Assembly (NCBI GenBank): GCA_038850285.1
Contig: JAWCMA010000024.1
Span: 1-17,462 of the forward strand
Length of the DNA: 17,462 nt
Direction: 5' to 3'
Source: Methanocellales archaeon
Lineage (GTDB): Archaea > Halobacteriota > JAWCLZ01
Positions 1-8,711 of the stretch are shown in pieces (the stretch's first letter is position 1; every line of letters begins with the position of its first letter). Below the pieces are notes generated by a model, which saw only the letters and a list, made by a program, of their open reading frames with translations, was not told the origin of the DNA and made no database searches. A program made the position numbers and the translations under genes.

Positions 1-204
1 CTATTTTCCCTCGTTATAACAGCGCCTATGGAAACATGCATAACTCTATCCTCAAAGGATTTTTCAACAGTTTCTATATCTCTCTCAAGCACTCTTCCCA
101 TTTCTCTTGCCGCAAGTTTTACATTCATAGAAAACTCTACCGCTAGCATTTTCAATTATCTCCCTAACCTCTTTGCTCCCGCAGTGTAAGCAGAGTCTCT
201 CCAT
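1..204 (-). pseudogene. Zinc-ribbon protein with possible Nudix-like continuation; +1 frameshifted and truncated by the window edge (not in ORF track)
   Basis: ATG at 204 follows GAGGT (206-210). Frame 1 (204..85) reads MERLCLHCGSKEVREIIENASGRVFYECKTCGKRNGKSA* with two CxxC knuckles. Dropping one G of GGG (99..97) joins an open frame reading GRVLERDIETVEKSFEDRVMHVSIGAVITREN to the edge. Could be a sequencing error rather than a true pseudogene. Confidence 0.55.
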
Positions 205-208
205 AACC

Positions 209-1435
209 TCAGCCTGCTATGAATAGCTCAGGCTCGGTTTTAGTGAGCAATTCATAGCCATCTTTTTTAACAACCAAAGTATCCTCGAGTTTAACTGCCC
301 CCCAGTTTGGAATTATGGTGTTGAGTTCAACCGTGACTGTCATATTTGCTTTTAAAACAATTTTTTCCTTCGCACCTATAACTGGGGGTTCATCCATTTC
401 AAGTCCAAGTCCGTGGCCTATGAACTCACCTTTATTCTCGCCATAGCCTTGGAAGTACTCACCATATTTAGTTTCACGAGCCTTTTTAAGCGCGATTCTA
501 TAGAGCTCATAAGCAGCAATGCCCCCGCGGAGATTGCTTAAAATTTCCTCGCGTATTTCCTTGAGCTCGCGGAAAACTTCAAGCTGCTTTCTATTTACTT
601 CGCTAACCACATATGTTCTAGCGTGATCTGAATAGTAACCGTTGTGAAACCCCCCTAGGTCGATAACTATGAGATCGCCTTCTTTAATTATGCGCTTGGA
701 AGCCCCTTGGGGGAAAGCATGGCTTAATCCAACGCCTGTTACCACATAGGCAAAGCCAGTTATTTTAAATAAATTATTGCCTGAAGAGAGCGTGCCATAG
801 TGCAAAAAGGCATCAAATCTTCTATAGTAAATATGTCCTTCGTGGCCATTTCTGCGCAGTTCGGCTTCAACTTCAGTTGCAAGTTCAAGTTCAGTTATTC
901 CCTTTCTAATTACTTCCCTAGCTTTAGCTTGTGCTTTTTCAACTTGCTCGCAGGATTTCCTTAGATATTTAATTTCCCTCTCATCTTTTATCATGCGCTG
1001 CTTTAAAATCAATGGCGATATATCCACGAAGTTAAAATCCGGCAGTGTTTTTTTCAAATTCAAGTAGAACTTCGTTGGTATAACATCAAGTTCTAAACCA
1101 ATAGTACCTCTTTTGATCCCCGCTTTTTCCAGCTCTTGCTTTATCTGGGCAAAATCCCCCCCTTTAACTAAATTCTCTTTTGATATCCAAGTTTCCCTCT
1201 GGACAAATTCATAGGCGCGTCTAACAAATAGAGTGGCATCATTCTGGGTGATCAGCAAGTTACATGGACGCGCGGTATTGGCATAGTAGAGCACATCTCT
1301 TGAGTAAAGTAAAATCGCTGCAGCTATTTCCTTCTCCACCATTTTGCTTTGCAGTTGCTTAATTCTCTCAAGCAATAATATCACCACTCCCTTCGTCTTA
1401 TGAAAATGCTGAATTAAGAATAAAGCTTTTTTCAT
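209..1435 (-). CDS. M24 family Xaa-Pro peptidase (creatinase-N plus pita-bread domain); true start probably TTG near 1375
   Basis: M24 metal-ligand pattern is present: VIDLGG, SDHART, GHGLGLEMDEPP, TVE, KLEDT. A GGTGA SD-like motif lies just before the TTG that gives MLERIKQLQ. Confidence 0.9.
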   Translation of the reverse strand: MKKALFLIQHFHKTKGVVILLLERIKQLQSKMVEKEIAAAILLYSRDVLYYANTARPCNLLITQNDATLFVRRAYEFVQRETWISKENLVKGGDFAQIKQELEKAGIKRGTIGLELDVIPTKFYLNLKKTLPDFNFVDISPLILKQRMIKDEREIKYLRKSCEQVEKAQAKAREVIRKGITELELATEVEAELRRNGHEGHIYYRRFDAFLHYGTLSSGNNLFKITGFAYVVTGVGLSHAFPQGASKRIIKEGDLIVIDLGGFHNGYYSDHARTYVVSEVNRKQLEVFRELKEIREEILSNLRGGIAAYELYRIALKKARETKYGEYFQGYGENKGEFIGHGLGLEMDEPPVIGAKEKIVLKANMTVTVELNTIIPNWGAVKLEDTLVVKKDGYELLTKTEPELFIAG

Positions 1436-1891
1436 TCAATGGTGATATCCCCTTCGGTGAATTATGGTCATGGCTCGATAGATTTGCTCCAGCAAAATTA
1501 GCCTAGTCATTTCATGGGTGAATGTCATTTTAGAGAGGGATAAAATCATCTTTGCTCTTTTCCTCACTGCTTCATTTACCCCAAATGCACCGCCAACCAC
1601 GAATTCAATTGTTGGAGTGCTTTGAAGCAATTTCGCGAATTCCTCAGAGGCAATATTGATCCCTTTACTGTCAAGCAGGATAAAATCCCCCTTCACAGCT
1701 CTAAGTAGATTCTCAGATTCAAAGTCCACAGCAGCCATTCCCCTTCCCCTGCCTTCTTTTACCTCTAAAATTTCAACTTTGGCATAGGGGTGGAGAAGTT
1801 TTAAATATCTTTCAATTCCCTCCCTTAAAAAAGGCTCTCTAGTTCTCCCTGGCCAGAGGAGTCTTATCCTCCACATTATTTTTTTTCCCAA
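1436..1891 (-). CDS. rlmH: 23S rRNA (pseudouridine1915-N3)-methyltransferase RlmH, SPOUT family; alternative ATG start at 1876
   Basis: About 150 aa with LLDSKG...SEEFA, FVVGGAFG, LSLSKMTFTHEMTRLILLEQIYRA and terminal GYHH, the typical RlmH signature. Confidence 0.93.
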   Translation of the reverse strand: MGKKIMWRIRLLWPGRTREPFLREGIERYLKLLHPYAKVEILEVKEGRGRGMAAVDFESENLLRAVKGDFILLDSKGINIASEEFAKLLQSTPTIEFVVGGAFGVNEAVRKRAKMILSLSKMTFTHEMTRLILLEQIYRAMTIIHRRGYHH

Positions 1892-1893
1892 TT

Positions 1894-2124
1894 TTATATC
1901 TCTGCTCCTATAATTGTCTGAGTTGAGGTAACGCCCTCTATTTCTCTGATTTTATCCACGATGTAATTGAGCTTGCTTAATCCCTCAACTTCTATTATTG
2001 CCACAAAATCGTATTTCCCAAATATATGGAAAACATCCCTCACCCCCTCTACTCTGCGGAGCTCTTGATACACGTTTTTCTCCTGGCCAAGTACAACTTT
2101 AATCATAGTTACACCAACGACCAT
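1894..2124 (-). CDS. Stand-alone Lrp/AsnC ligand-binding (RAM) domain protein with no HTH
   Basis: 76 aa; [21 protein letters not shown]...[14 protein letters not shown] is the AsnC C-terminal domain pattern. Confidence 0.9.
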   Translation of the reverse strand: MVVGVTMIKVVLGQEKNVYQELRRVEGVRDVFHIFGKYDFVAIIEVEGLSKLNYIVDKIREIEGVTSTQTIIGAEI

Positions 2125-2185
2125 TGTTATCCTTCCAGCAAAATTAGCTTATATTACTTCTTTATCTACTTTTCCTAGACAATAG

Positions 2186-2201
2186 TAAAAAAGCTATAAA
2201 T
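2186..2201 (+). promoter_or_regulatory. Putative BRE/TATA box for the acyl-CoA ligase operon (leaderless-type spacing)
   Basis: AAAAAAG-CTATAAAT about 24 nt upstream of ATG 2225, in the 100-bp divergent spacer. Confidence 0.5.
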
Positions 2202-2224
2202 CTTACAAGAGTAAATCAAAATGT

Positions 2225-3544
2225 ATGTCACTTAAATCGATGTTCTTTGCTAGTTCAATTGCAATTATAGGTGCATCGAGGGAGCCAAAGAAACTTGGCT
2301 ATAAGATTTTAAAAAACATAATAGACGGCGGCTTCGCAGGAAAAATCTACCCAGTTAATCCAAAGTTGGATGAGATCTTAGGATTAAAAGCCTATCCCTC
2401 GCTATTAAATATAGAGGGAGAAGTCGATCTCGCGATTATAATCGTACCTGCAAGGGCAGTTGCCCAAGTTATGGAGGATGCTGGCGAGAAGGGGGTTAAA
2501 ACTGCTATCGTAATATCCGGGGGCTTTAGAGAAACTGGAGAAGAGGGCGAGGTTCTGGAGAAGCAAGTGCTCGATGTAGCTAGGAAATATGGTATTCGCG
2601 TCTTAGGACCTAACTGTCAAGGGGTGAATTATACCTATAACAATCTTTGTGCTTCTTGGCCATTGCTAGGAAGAAAAGGAGCTATTGCAATTATTTCTCA
2701 AAGCGGTACAGTTGGAGCAGCATTTGAAGGATGGGCGGTGGAGGAAGGCATTGGCTTCTCTGCATTCGTGAGCCTGGGAAATAAAGCAGATATCGAGGAG
2801 GTTGACCTCATTGATTTCTTCGCGCGAGATGAAAATACAAGGGTAATTGCTTTATATATCGAGGGAGTTAGGGATGGAAGGAGATTTTTAGAAGCAGCTA
2901 AAAAATCAAGCAAGCCAATTGTAGTTTTAAAACCCGGTAAAACTGAGAGGGCGAAAATAGCAATCCAGTCCCATACAAAAGCAATTGCTGGGAGGGATGA
3001 AATTTTTAATGCAGCTTGCAAGAAAGCAGGGGTGAAGAGAGCTGATAGTTTGATGGAGCTATATGACTTCTCCAAGGCTCTTGCCTATTTAAAGAAATTG
3101 AATGGCATAAATGTGCTTATAGTAACCAGCTCAGGGGGCTCTGGAATTCTAGCCACTGATCTACTTGAGAGTTATGGCTTCAAAGTTGTAGATCCAAGCG
3201 CGGAGTTCAAAGCTAAACTTAGATCTATGCTTCCAGCTCACTGCATCGTTGACAACCCAGTGGACTTAACAGGTGATGCTAATGCAGAGATGTATGAAAA
3301 AGTACTTGAAGTGGCAATTGCAGAGCCAACTATAGCTGCACTGCTAGTGATATTTGGAGATCCAATAGTTGGAGCCTGCGAGGTGATAGATAGAATAAGG
3401 AAGAAAACTGATAAACCAATTGTAGTTTGCTACCTCGGGGGTGGAGAGATTGAGAAAATTGAGTCTAGGGAAATGCATTGCAAAGGAATACCTGTTTTTC
3501 CCACCCCAGAGAGAGCTGTTTCAGCTTTAGAAGCATTGAGGTGA
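2225..3544 (+). CDS. Acetate/acyl-CoA ligase (ADP-forming) alpha subunit
   Basis: CoA-binding N-terminus IAIIGASREPKKLG, IYPVNPK, ISGGFRE, RVLGPNC, ISQSG, VSLGNKAD; phospho-His loop QSHT; NPVDLTGDA; GIPVFPTPERAV. Confidence 0.92.
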   Translation: MSLKSMFFASSIAIIGASREPKKLGYKILKNIIDGGFAGKIYPVNPKLDEILGLKAYPSLLNIEGEVDLAIIIVPARAVAQVMEDAGEKGVKTAIVISGGFRETGEEGEVLEKQVLDVARKYGIRVLGPNCQGVNYTYNNLCASWPLLGRKGAIAIISQSGTVGAAFEGWAVEEGIGFSAFVSLGNKADIEEVDLIDFFARDENTRVIALYIEGVRDGRRFLEAAKKSSKPIVVLKPGKTERAKIAIQSHTKAIAGRDEIFNAACKKAGVKRADSLMELYDFSKALAYLKKLNGINVLIVTSSGGSGILATDLLESYGFKVVDPSAEFKAKLRSMLPAHCIVDNPVDLTGDANAEMYEKVLEVAIAEPTIAALLVIFGDPIVGACEVIDRIRKKTDKPIVVCYLGGGEIEKIESREMHCKGIPVFPTPERAVSALEALR

Positions 3545-3548
3545 AAAT

Positions 3549-4208
3549 ATGAATGAAATAATTGAGAGAGTTAAAAAAGAGGGTAGAAGAGCTTTAATTG
3601 AGCCTGAGGCGAGGGAGTTGTTGAAGAAATATGGTATCCCAGTGCTTCCATATAAAATTGCGAAGAAATCAGATGAAGCTATAAATGCTGCCCAAGAATT
3701 AGGTTATCCAGCTGTTATGAAAATAATTTCAGCTGAAACTTTGCATAAGAGCGATGTGGGTGGAGTGAAGCTGAACTTGAAAAACAGCGAGGATATAATC
3801 AAAGCCTTCAATGAAATACCCAGAACGGGAGAGGGCGTACTTATATCGCCAATGGTATCTGGAGTTGAACTCTTCCTCGGCGTGATTCAAGATGCCCAAT
3901 TTGGTCCAGTGCTTGCATTTGGATTTGGGGGGAAATACGTCGAGGTATTCAAAGATATCTCCTTCAGACTAGCGCCAGTGAGCAGGGAGGATGCAGTTAA
4001 AATGATAGAGGAAATCAAAAGCAGCGTGATACTCAAGGGCATTAGAGGAGAGAAACCTAGAGATATAGAGGCAATTGTCGATGCAATTCTAAAGCTCTCA
4101 AAACTAGCGATTGAAAACCCAGATATAAAGGAGATCGACCTTAATCCAGTATTTGCCTTTGAAAAGGGAAAGGGAATAGCTGTAGGCGATGTCAGGATGA
4201 TGCTATAG
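3549..4208 (+). CDS. Acetate/acyl-CoA ligase (ADP-forming) beta subunit, ATP-grasp
   Basis: LGYPAVMKIIS...HKSDVGGVKL, FGPVLAFGFGG, EIDLNPV. Starts 4 bp after the alpha gene with a GAGGTGA SD. Confidence 0.92.
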   Translation: MNEIIERVKKEGRRALIEPEARELLKKYGIPVLPYKIAKKSDEAINAAQELGYPAVMKIISAETLHKSDVGGVKLNLKNSEDIIKAFNEIPRTGEGVLISPMVSGVELFLGVIQDAQFGPVLAFGFGGKYVEVFKDISFRLAPVSREDAVKMIEEIKSSVILKGIRGEKPRDIEAIVDAILKLSKLAIENPDIKEIDLNPVFAFEKGKGIAVGDVRMML

Positions 4209-4222
4209 GTATAGGAATTAAA

Positions 4223-4645
4223 ATGGCTGAGATTGTTAATTTATTGAATGAAGCATTTCTACACGAAATTGAAGCCACTTTAGTCTACGTGAGGAATGCT
4301 TTTTTAATGCGAGAATGCAAGCCGGCTAGGATCACCGAGTGGATAGCGATAGATGAAATGCGCCATATGAACTGGTTGGGAGATTTAATTGTAAAGCGAG
4401 GAGGCATTCCAAAGATGGATCATAAAAAGCTAGACTTCGGAGAAGAAAGCTTGGAGGGATATCTTAAAAAGCAGATTGAACTCGAGAATGAGGCAATTGA
4501 GCTGTATAAAAATGCAATTGAAGACCTAGACGATGAAGAAGTGAAAGGAGTTTTAAAACACATTCTCGATGAAGAAAAGAGACATAGAAAGGAATTTAAA
4601 ATACAGCTCGAAGAACTTGCTAAAGCACTCGAAAGGAATAAATAG
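4223..4645 (+). CDS. Ferritin-like diiron four-helix protein (rubrerythrin/bacterioferritin-like)
   Basis: Duplicated E...ExxH ligand pattern: HEIEA..Y, DEMRH, LENEA..LY, DEEKRH. Confidence 0.88.
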   Translation: MAEIVNLLNEAFLHEIEATLVYVRNAFLMRECKPARITEWIAIDEMRHMNWLGDLIVKRGGIPKMDHKKLDFGEESLEGYLKKQIELENEAIELYKNAIEDLDDEEVKGVLKHILDEEKRHRKEFKIQLEELAKALERNK

Positions 4646-4663
4646 AGCTTTTGAATTAAAAAA

Positions 4664-5305
4664 GTGCGCATGGAATTGAATGAGAATTTTAATAATTCAA
4701 TAGACTACACCAAGCAATTGCTGGAGAACGCTGGCAATCTTTTGATACTCATCGTGCTCAGCATTATCCCAATTATAAATTTCATCGTGCTTGGATATGG
4801 CTGGGAGGTAATTCGCATCTCTCCAGAAGAGAGAAAACTGCCAGTATTGGGCGATTATGTAAAGCTCTGGATTCAGGGGGTGAAGATTGGATTAGCTGGT
4901 GTGGTATATCTCATAATTCCAATTGCAATTATCCTCAGCGGCATGGGCTTCATATTTTTACCACCACGGCCAGCAGTTGGAGCGGGTGCTCTAGTTATTT
5001 TAATTGGCTTTGCCCTGCTTTTTTTAATAGCAATTCTAATGGCAATGGGCATCGTGCACATGGTTAAAAACAATAGTTTTGCGAAAGCCTTTGCCTTTGG
5101 AGAGATCTGGAGTTTAATAGGCAAAATAGGCTTGGGAAAATACTTGCTCTGGTTGGTGGTAATTTTCATAGTTGCTTTAGTTATAGGAGCCATAGGGAGC
5201 TTGCCATTCATAGGCTGGGTGATTTCAGGTATTATATTACCATTCTGGATAGCTTTCGCTAATAGATCCGCGGCTTTGATTTATGCAGATGGAATGAAGC
5301 AGTAA
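4664..5305 (+). CDS. DUF4013-like multi-pass membrane protein
   Basis: LSIIPIINFIVLGY...LP...LWIQGVK pattern and several hydrophobic helices. Confidence 0.78.
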   Translation: MRMELNENFNNSIDYTKQLLENAGNLLILIVLSIIPIINFIVLGYGWEVIRISPEERKLPVLGDYVKLWIQGVKIGLAGVVYLIIPIAIILSGMGFIFLPPRPAVGAGALVILIGFALLFLIAILMAMGIVHMVKNNSFAKAFAFGEIWSLIGKIGLGKYLLWLVVIFIVALVIGAIGSLPFIGWVISGIILPFWIAFANRSAALIYADGMKQ

Positions 5306-5346
5306 AAGTAAAAGCGTGAAAGAAAAAGGAAAGAGAAAAAGTAAAA

Positions 5347-5361
5347 GCGAAACCTTTATAT
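5347..5361 (+). promoter_or_regulatory. BRE plus TATA box upstream of the pilin-like gene
   Basis: GCGAAACC-TTTATAT matches the archaeal BRE/TATA consensus. SD GAGGTGA at 5398-5404 precedes GTG 5411. Confidence 0.65.
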
Positions 5362-5410
5362 TTTTTAACACTCTCTTGCAAAAATAAAAATTGCATTGAG
5401 GTGAAAAAAA

Positions 5411-5893
5411 GTGAGTTTAGTCTCTAGTGAAAGGGGAAGCGTTGAGGGTTTGCCGGTTATGTTAATCGTTATGCTAGTAATTGGCATCGTTGGTTTAGCA
5501 GCCATGATAACTGCAATGGGGCAATTTAAGCCGCCTAGAGTGCTCTCTGCAACTGTTGAAAAGGCGAATGGCTATAATGGTAATTTAATCGCCATCGACG
5601 CAGGAGGTGGGAATCGCAAGGCTGCGAATATAACTGGCGATACCAAGATCAAAGTCATCGATGCCAATGGAAAGCCAGTGGACGGGGCGAGTGTGACAAT
5701 CTCTGGCTTGAGTGCTGCTGCTTCAGGTAAAACCAGTAGCTATGGCACTGTTACCTTCAGCGATGCCTCGGAATGGATTCAAGTGCCTGTGCTTGAGGAA
5801 AATCAAAATGAGGGCTATTTGAAGTTAGAAGTAACCGCGAATGGATTCATAGATTATATTGATGAGAAGGCTATAAAGGTTGTGAGGATTTAA
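5411..5893 (+). CDS. Type IV pilin-like surface protein with class III signal peptide and a carboxypeptidase-regulatory-like beta-sandwich
   Basis: Short leader MSLVSSERG followed by SVEGLPVMLIVMLVIGIVGLAAM; downstream VIDANGKPVDGASVTISG...GTVTF. Confidence 0.7.
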   Translation: MSLVSSERGSVEGLPVMLIVMLVIGIVGLAAMITAMGQFKPPRVLSATVEKANGYNGNLIAIDAGGGNRKAANITGDTKIKVIDANGKPVDGASVTISGLSAAASGKTSSYGTVTFSDASEWIQVPVLEENQNEGYLKLEVTANGFIDYIDEKAIKVVRI

Positions 5894-5961
5894 AGCAAAA
5901 AGGCTATGGCGATAGAATTAAAGCGAAGCTGCTATCTAAGGCGAGAGAGATAGAAATACCT

Positions 5962-6354
5962 ATGGCTGAGCTGAATAGCTCGATTTCTCCTAAAATTTTT
6001 GTGGTGCAGAAACACGCGGCTAGACATCTTCACTGGGATTTTAGGCTTAGCTTAGATGGCGTGCTGAAGAGCTGGGCTGTGCCTAAAGAGCCGCCTGTGG
6101 AAAAGGGTTTGAAGCGCTTGGCAATTCAAGTCGAAGACCATCCTCTAGAGTACGCGGACTTTGAAGGTGTGATTCCCGAGGGGTTATATGGCGCGGGCAA
6201 AGTGGAGATCTGGGATAGAGGTGGGTTTGAATTGATAAAAAGAGAACTCGGCAAAATAGAGGTAGCACTCCACGGCAGGATTTTGAATGGCAAATATGTG
6301 CTATTGAAATATCCAAAGGCAGGTGAGAACAGTTGGCTTTTTTTCAAGAAATAA
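5962..6354 (+). CDS. Stand-alone LigD-type DNA 3'-phosphoesterase (PE domain)
   Basis: FVVQKHAARHLHWDFRL, VLKSWAVPK, RLAIQVEDHPLEYADFEGVIPEGLYGAGKVEIWDRG are the LigD PE motifs. No ligase or polymerase domain follows. Confidence 0.93.
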   Translation: MAELNSSISPKIFVVQKHAARHLHWDFRLSLDGVLKSWAVPKEPPVEKGLKRLAIQVEDHPLEYADFEGVIPEGLYGAGKVEIWDRGGFELIKRELGKIEVALHGRILNGKYVLLKYPKAGENSWLFFKK

Positions 6355-6411
6355 ATTAAAATAAATTAAATTAAAATTAAATTAAAATTAAAATTAAAAT
6401 TAATTTAATTA
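6349..6411. repeat. Pure A/T degenerate tandem repeat (AAATT/AAAATT units) between convergent genes
   Basis: 63 consecutive bases without G or C. Confidence 0.85.
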
Positions 6412-8640
6412 CCTATATTCCACGTAACTTTTCGCTTCCCTCGGTGCACCTGGTTTAAATCTTTCCTCGATGCGCTCGTAATAGCCCATTATATGCTCAT
6501 CAATGGTTGGCTTGACCTTCTTAAGTGCTTCCCGGAACTGCTTCATGTCCACGGATTTTGCATTGGGATTTTCCCGAAGTGCAAGCATAGCTGCTTCGCG
6601 GCAAAGTGCAGTGATATCAGCGCCCACGTATCCCTCGGTTAGGTCAGCGAGTTCTTCTAAATTCACATCTTCACCTATTGGCATGTTGCGAGTGTGGATC
6701 TTGAAGATCTCGACCCTGCCCTGCTTCGTGGGTGCTCTCACTAGCACGAGTCTGTCAAAACGCCCTGCCCTGAGAAGCGCGGGGTCAAGGATATCTGGGC
6801 GATTAGTTGCACCTATGACCACGATGTTTTGAAGTTCTTCAAGTCCATCCATCTCAGTTAATAGCTGATTCACAACTCTCTCTGCAACTCTATGTCCCTC
6901 TTCCACTCCTCTAATTGGCGCGATTGCATCTAGCTCATCGAAGAATATTATAGCTGGGGCAACTTGTCTTGCTTTTCTGAAGATCTCCCGCACTGCCTTC
7001 TCACTCTCCCCAACCCACTTTGATAGCAATTCCGGGCCCCGCACGTGAATGAAGTTGGCTTCGCATTCATTTGCAATTGCCTTGCCAATCAAAGTCTTGC
7101 CAGTACCAGGGGGTCCGAATAGCAATATACCCTTAGGGGGCTTTATACCCATTACTTTGAATCTCTCTGGATACTTCAAAGGCCATTCAACTGCTTCTAT
7201 GATTTCTTGCTTGGCTTTATCCAATCCACCCACATCGCTCCACTTCACATCGCTTACCTCAACCAGTACTTCGCGCATAGCGCTTGGCTCTATTTCCTTT
7301 AGAGCGGCATTGAAATCCTCAGCTGTAACGCGCATTTTATCAAGTATATCCTGAGGGATAATTTCTTCTTCAAGGTCGATCTCTGGAAGGTATCTCCTCA
7401 GTGCTTTCATCGCTGCTTCTTTGCAAAGTGCATTTATATCCGCGCCTACAAAGCCATGGGTGCGCGCCGCTAGATCGCGGAGATCGACATCCTCAGCAAG
7501 TGGCATTCCGCGTGTATGTATCTGCAGAATCTCAAATCTAGCATTGCAATCCGGTACGCCTATCTCGATTTCGCGATCAAATCTCCCTGGTCTGCGAAGC
7601 GCTGGGTCTATGGCATTCAATCGATTGGTTGCCCCAATTACAATTACCTGACCTCTCTCTTCCAAGCCATCCATATTCGTCAAAAGCTGGGCCACCACTC
7701 TTCTCTCCACCTCTCCAGTTACCTCTTCCCGCTTGGGTGCGATTGAGTCAAGTTCATCTATGAATATTATTGAGGGAGCATTTTCTCTTGCTTCTTCGAA
7801 TACCTCGCGGAGGCGCTGTTCGCTCTCGCCATAGTACTTTGACATTATCTCTGGCCCGGCAATTGCATAAAAATTCGCCCCTGATTCATTTGCCACTGCT
7901 TTTGCTAATAGTGTTTTCCCAGTTCCAGGCGGGCCATGTAGTAGCACTCCCTTAGGCGGCTCTATTCCCAGTTTTTGGAATATCTCAGGGTGTTTCATCG
8001 GCAGCTCGATCATCTCGCGCACCCTCTGCACCTCGTTTTTAAGTCCTCCCACGTCTTCATAGGTTATGCCAGTTGCCTTAATTGATTCATAGCCGCGGAC
8101 TGGTTTTTCCCTTATTTCAACCTCAGTTTGATCTGTCACAATGATCACGCCACTTGGATGAGTATTCACAGCCACTAGAGGTATAGGTTGGCCTGTGAGC
8201 ATTCTGCCCATGAATGGATTTGCCATTGAGCTGAAAACCGGGACTATATCGCCTTGAACAATTGGTCTTTTTAATATTTGATGCTTGATCACATCCTCAG
8301 CGGCGCCTCCGAATTGCACCGAGGTTCCCTCAGGAGGCGCTAGCACAACCCTAGTTGCTTCAACAGCCTCGGCTTTTCTCACCTTAACTCTATCGCCTAT
8401 CCCCACACCAGCATTTTGCCTTGTGTAGCCATCAATTCGAATCAATTCCTGTCCCCAGTCTTGCTTATCAGCTCTCCATACCTTAGCAGCAGTTTTCTTC
8501 TTTCCCTCGAGTTCAACTATATCCCCTGGGGAAAGTTTTAAAAGGATAAGAGTAGTGGGATCGAGTCTTGCGATTCCCCTGCCTGAGTCATTTGGATAGG
8601 CTTTGGCAACCTTCAGCAGCACAACCTCGGTCAAGCGCAT
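6409..8640 (-). CDS. cdc48: CDC48/VCP family AAA+ ATPase
   Basis: N-domain ([16 protein letters not shown]) plus two AAA modules with GPPGTGKT Walker A, IDELD/FDELD Walker B and RPGRFDR/RAGRFDR. The C-terminus VEYR has a penultimate Tyr (HbYX-like). Confidence 0.97.
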   Translation of the reverse strand: MRLTEVVLLKVAKAYPNDSGRGIARLDPTTLILLKLSPGDIVELEGKKKTAAKVWRADKQDWGQELIRIDGYTRQNAGVGIGDRVKVRKAEAVEATRVVLAPPEGTSVQFGGAAEDVIKHQILKRPIVQGDIVPVFSSMANPFMGRMLTGQPIPLVAVNTHPSGVIIVTDQTEVEIREKPVRGYESIKATGITYEDVGGLKNEVQRVREMIELPMKHPEIFQKLGIEPPKGVLLHGPPGTGKTLLAKAVANESGANFYAIAGPEIMSKYYGESEQRLREVFEEARENAPSIIFIDELDSIAPKREEVTGEVERRVVAQLLTNMDGLEERGQVIVIGATNRLNAIDPALRRPGRFDREIEIGVPDCNARFEILQIHTRGMPLAEDVDLRDLAARTHGFVGADINALCKEAAMKALRRYLPEIDLEEEIIPQDILDKMRVTAEDFNAALKEIEPSAMREVLVEVSDVKWSDVGGLDKAKQEIIEAVEWPLKYPERFKVMGIKPPKGILLFGPPGTGKTLIGKAIANECEANFIHVRGPELLSKWVGESEKAVREIFRKARQVAPAIIFFDELDAIAPIRGVEEGHRVAERVVNQLLTEMDGLEELQNIVVIGATNRPDILDPALLRAGRFDRLVLVRAPTKQGRVEIFKIHTRNMPIGEDVNLEELADLTEGYVGADITALCREAAMLALRENPNAKSVDMKQFREALKKVKPTIDEHIMGYYERIEERFKPGAPREAKSYVEYR

Positions 8641-8711
8641 CCCTTCTTATACATGATTTAAAATATTAAGCTCGCCTTATTATTAAGAGTTGCTATCAAG
8701 GAGTGTGGTGA

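Noticed and set aside
524-535. 12-bp match (CCCGCGGAGATT) to the 3' half of tRNA-Ile, a possible att site
   Set aside because: It is short, lies inside an intact CDS and omits the tRNA terminus. No integrase is present and the intervening genes are housekeeping.
4206-4654. Possible pyrrolysine readthrough of TAG stops in the ACD beta and ferritin-like genes
   Set aside because: Both proteins look complete and further in-frame stops follow within a few codons.
6349-6411. AT repeats as a possible CRISPR array or replication origin
   Set aside because: There is no repeat-spacer periodicity, no cas genes, no ORB-like G-string boxes and no cdc6/orc1.
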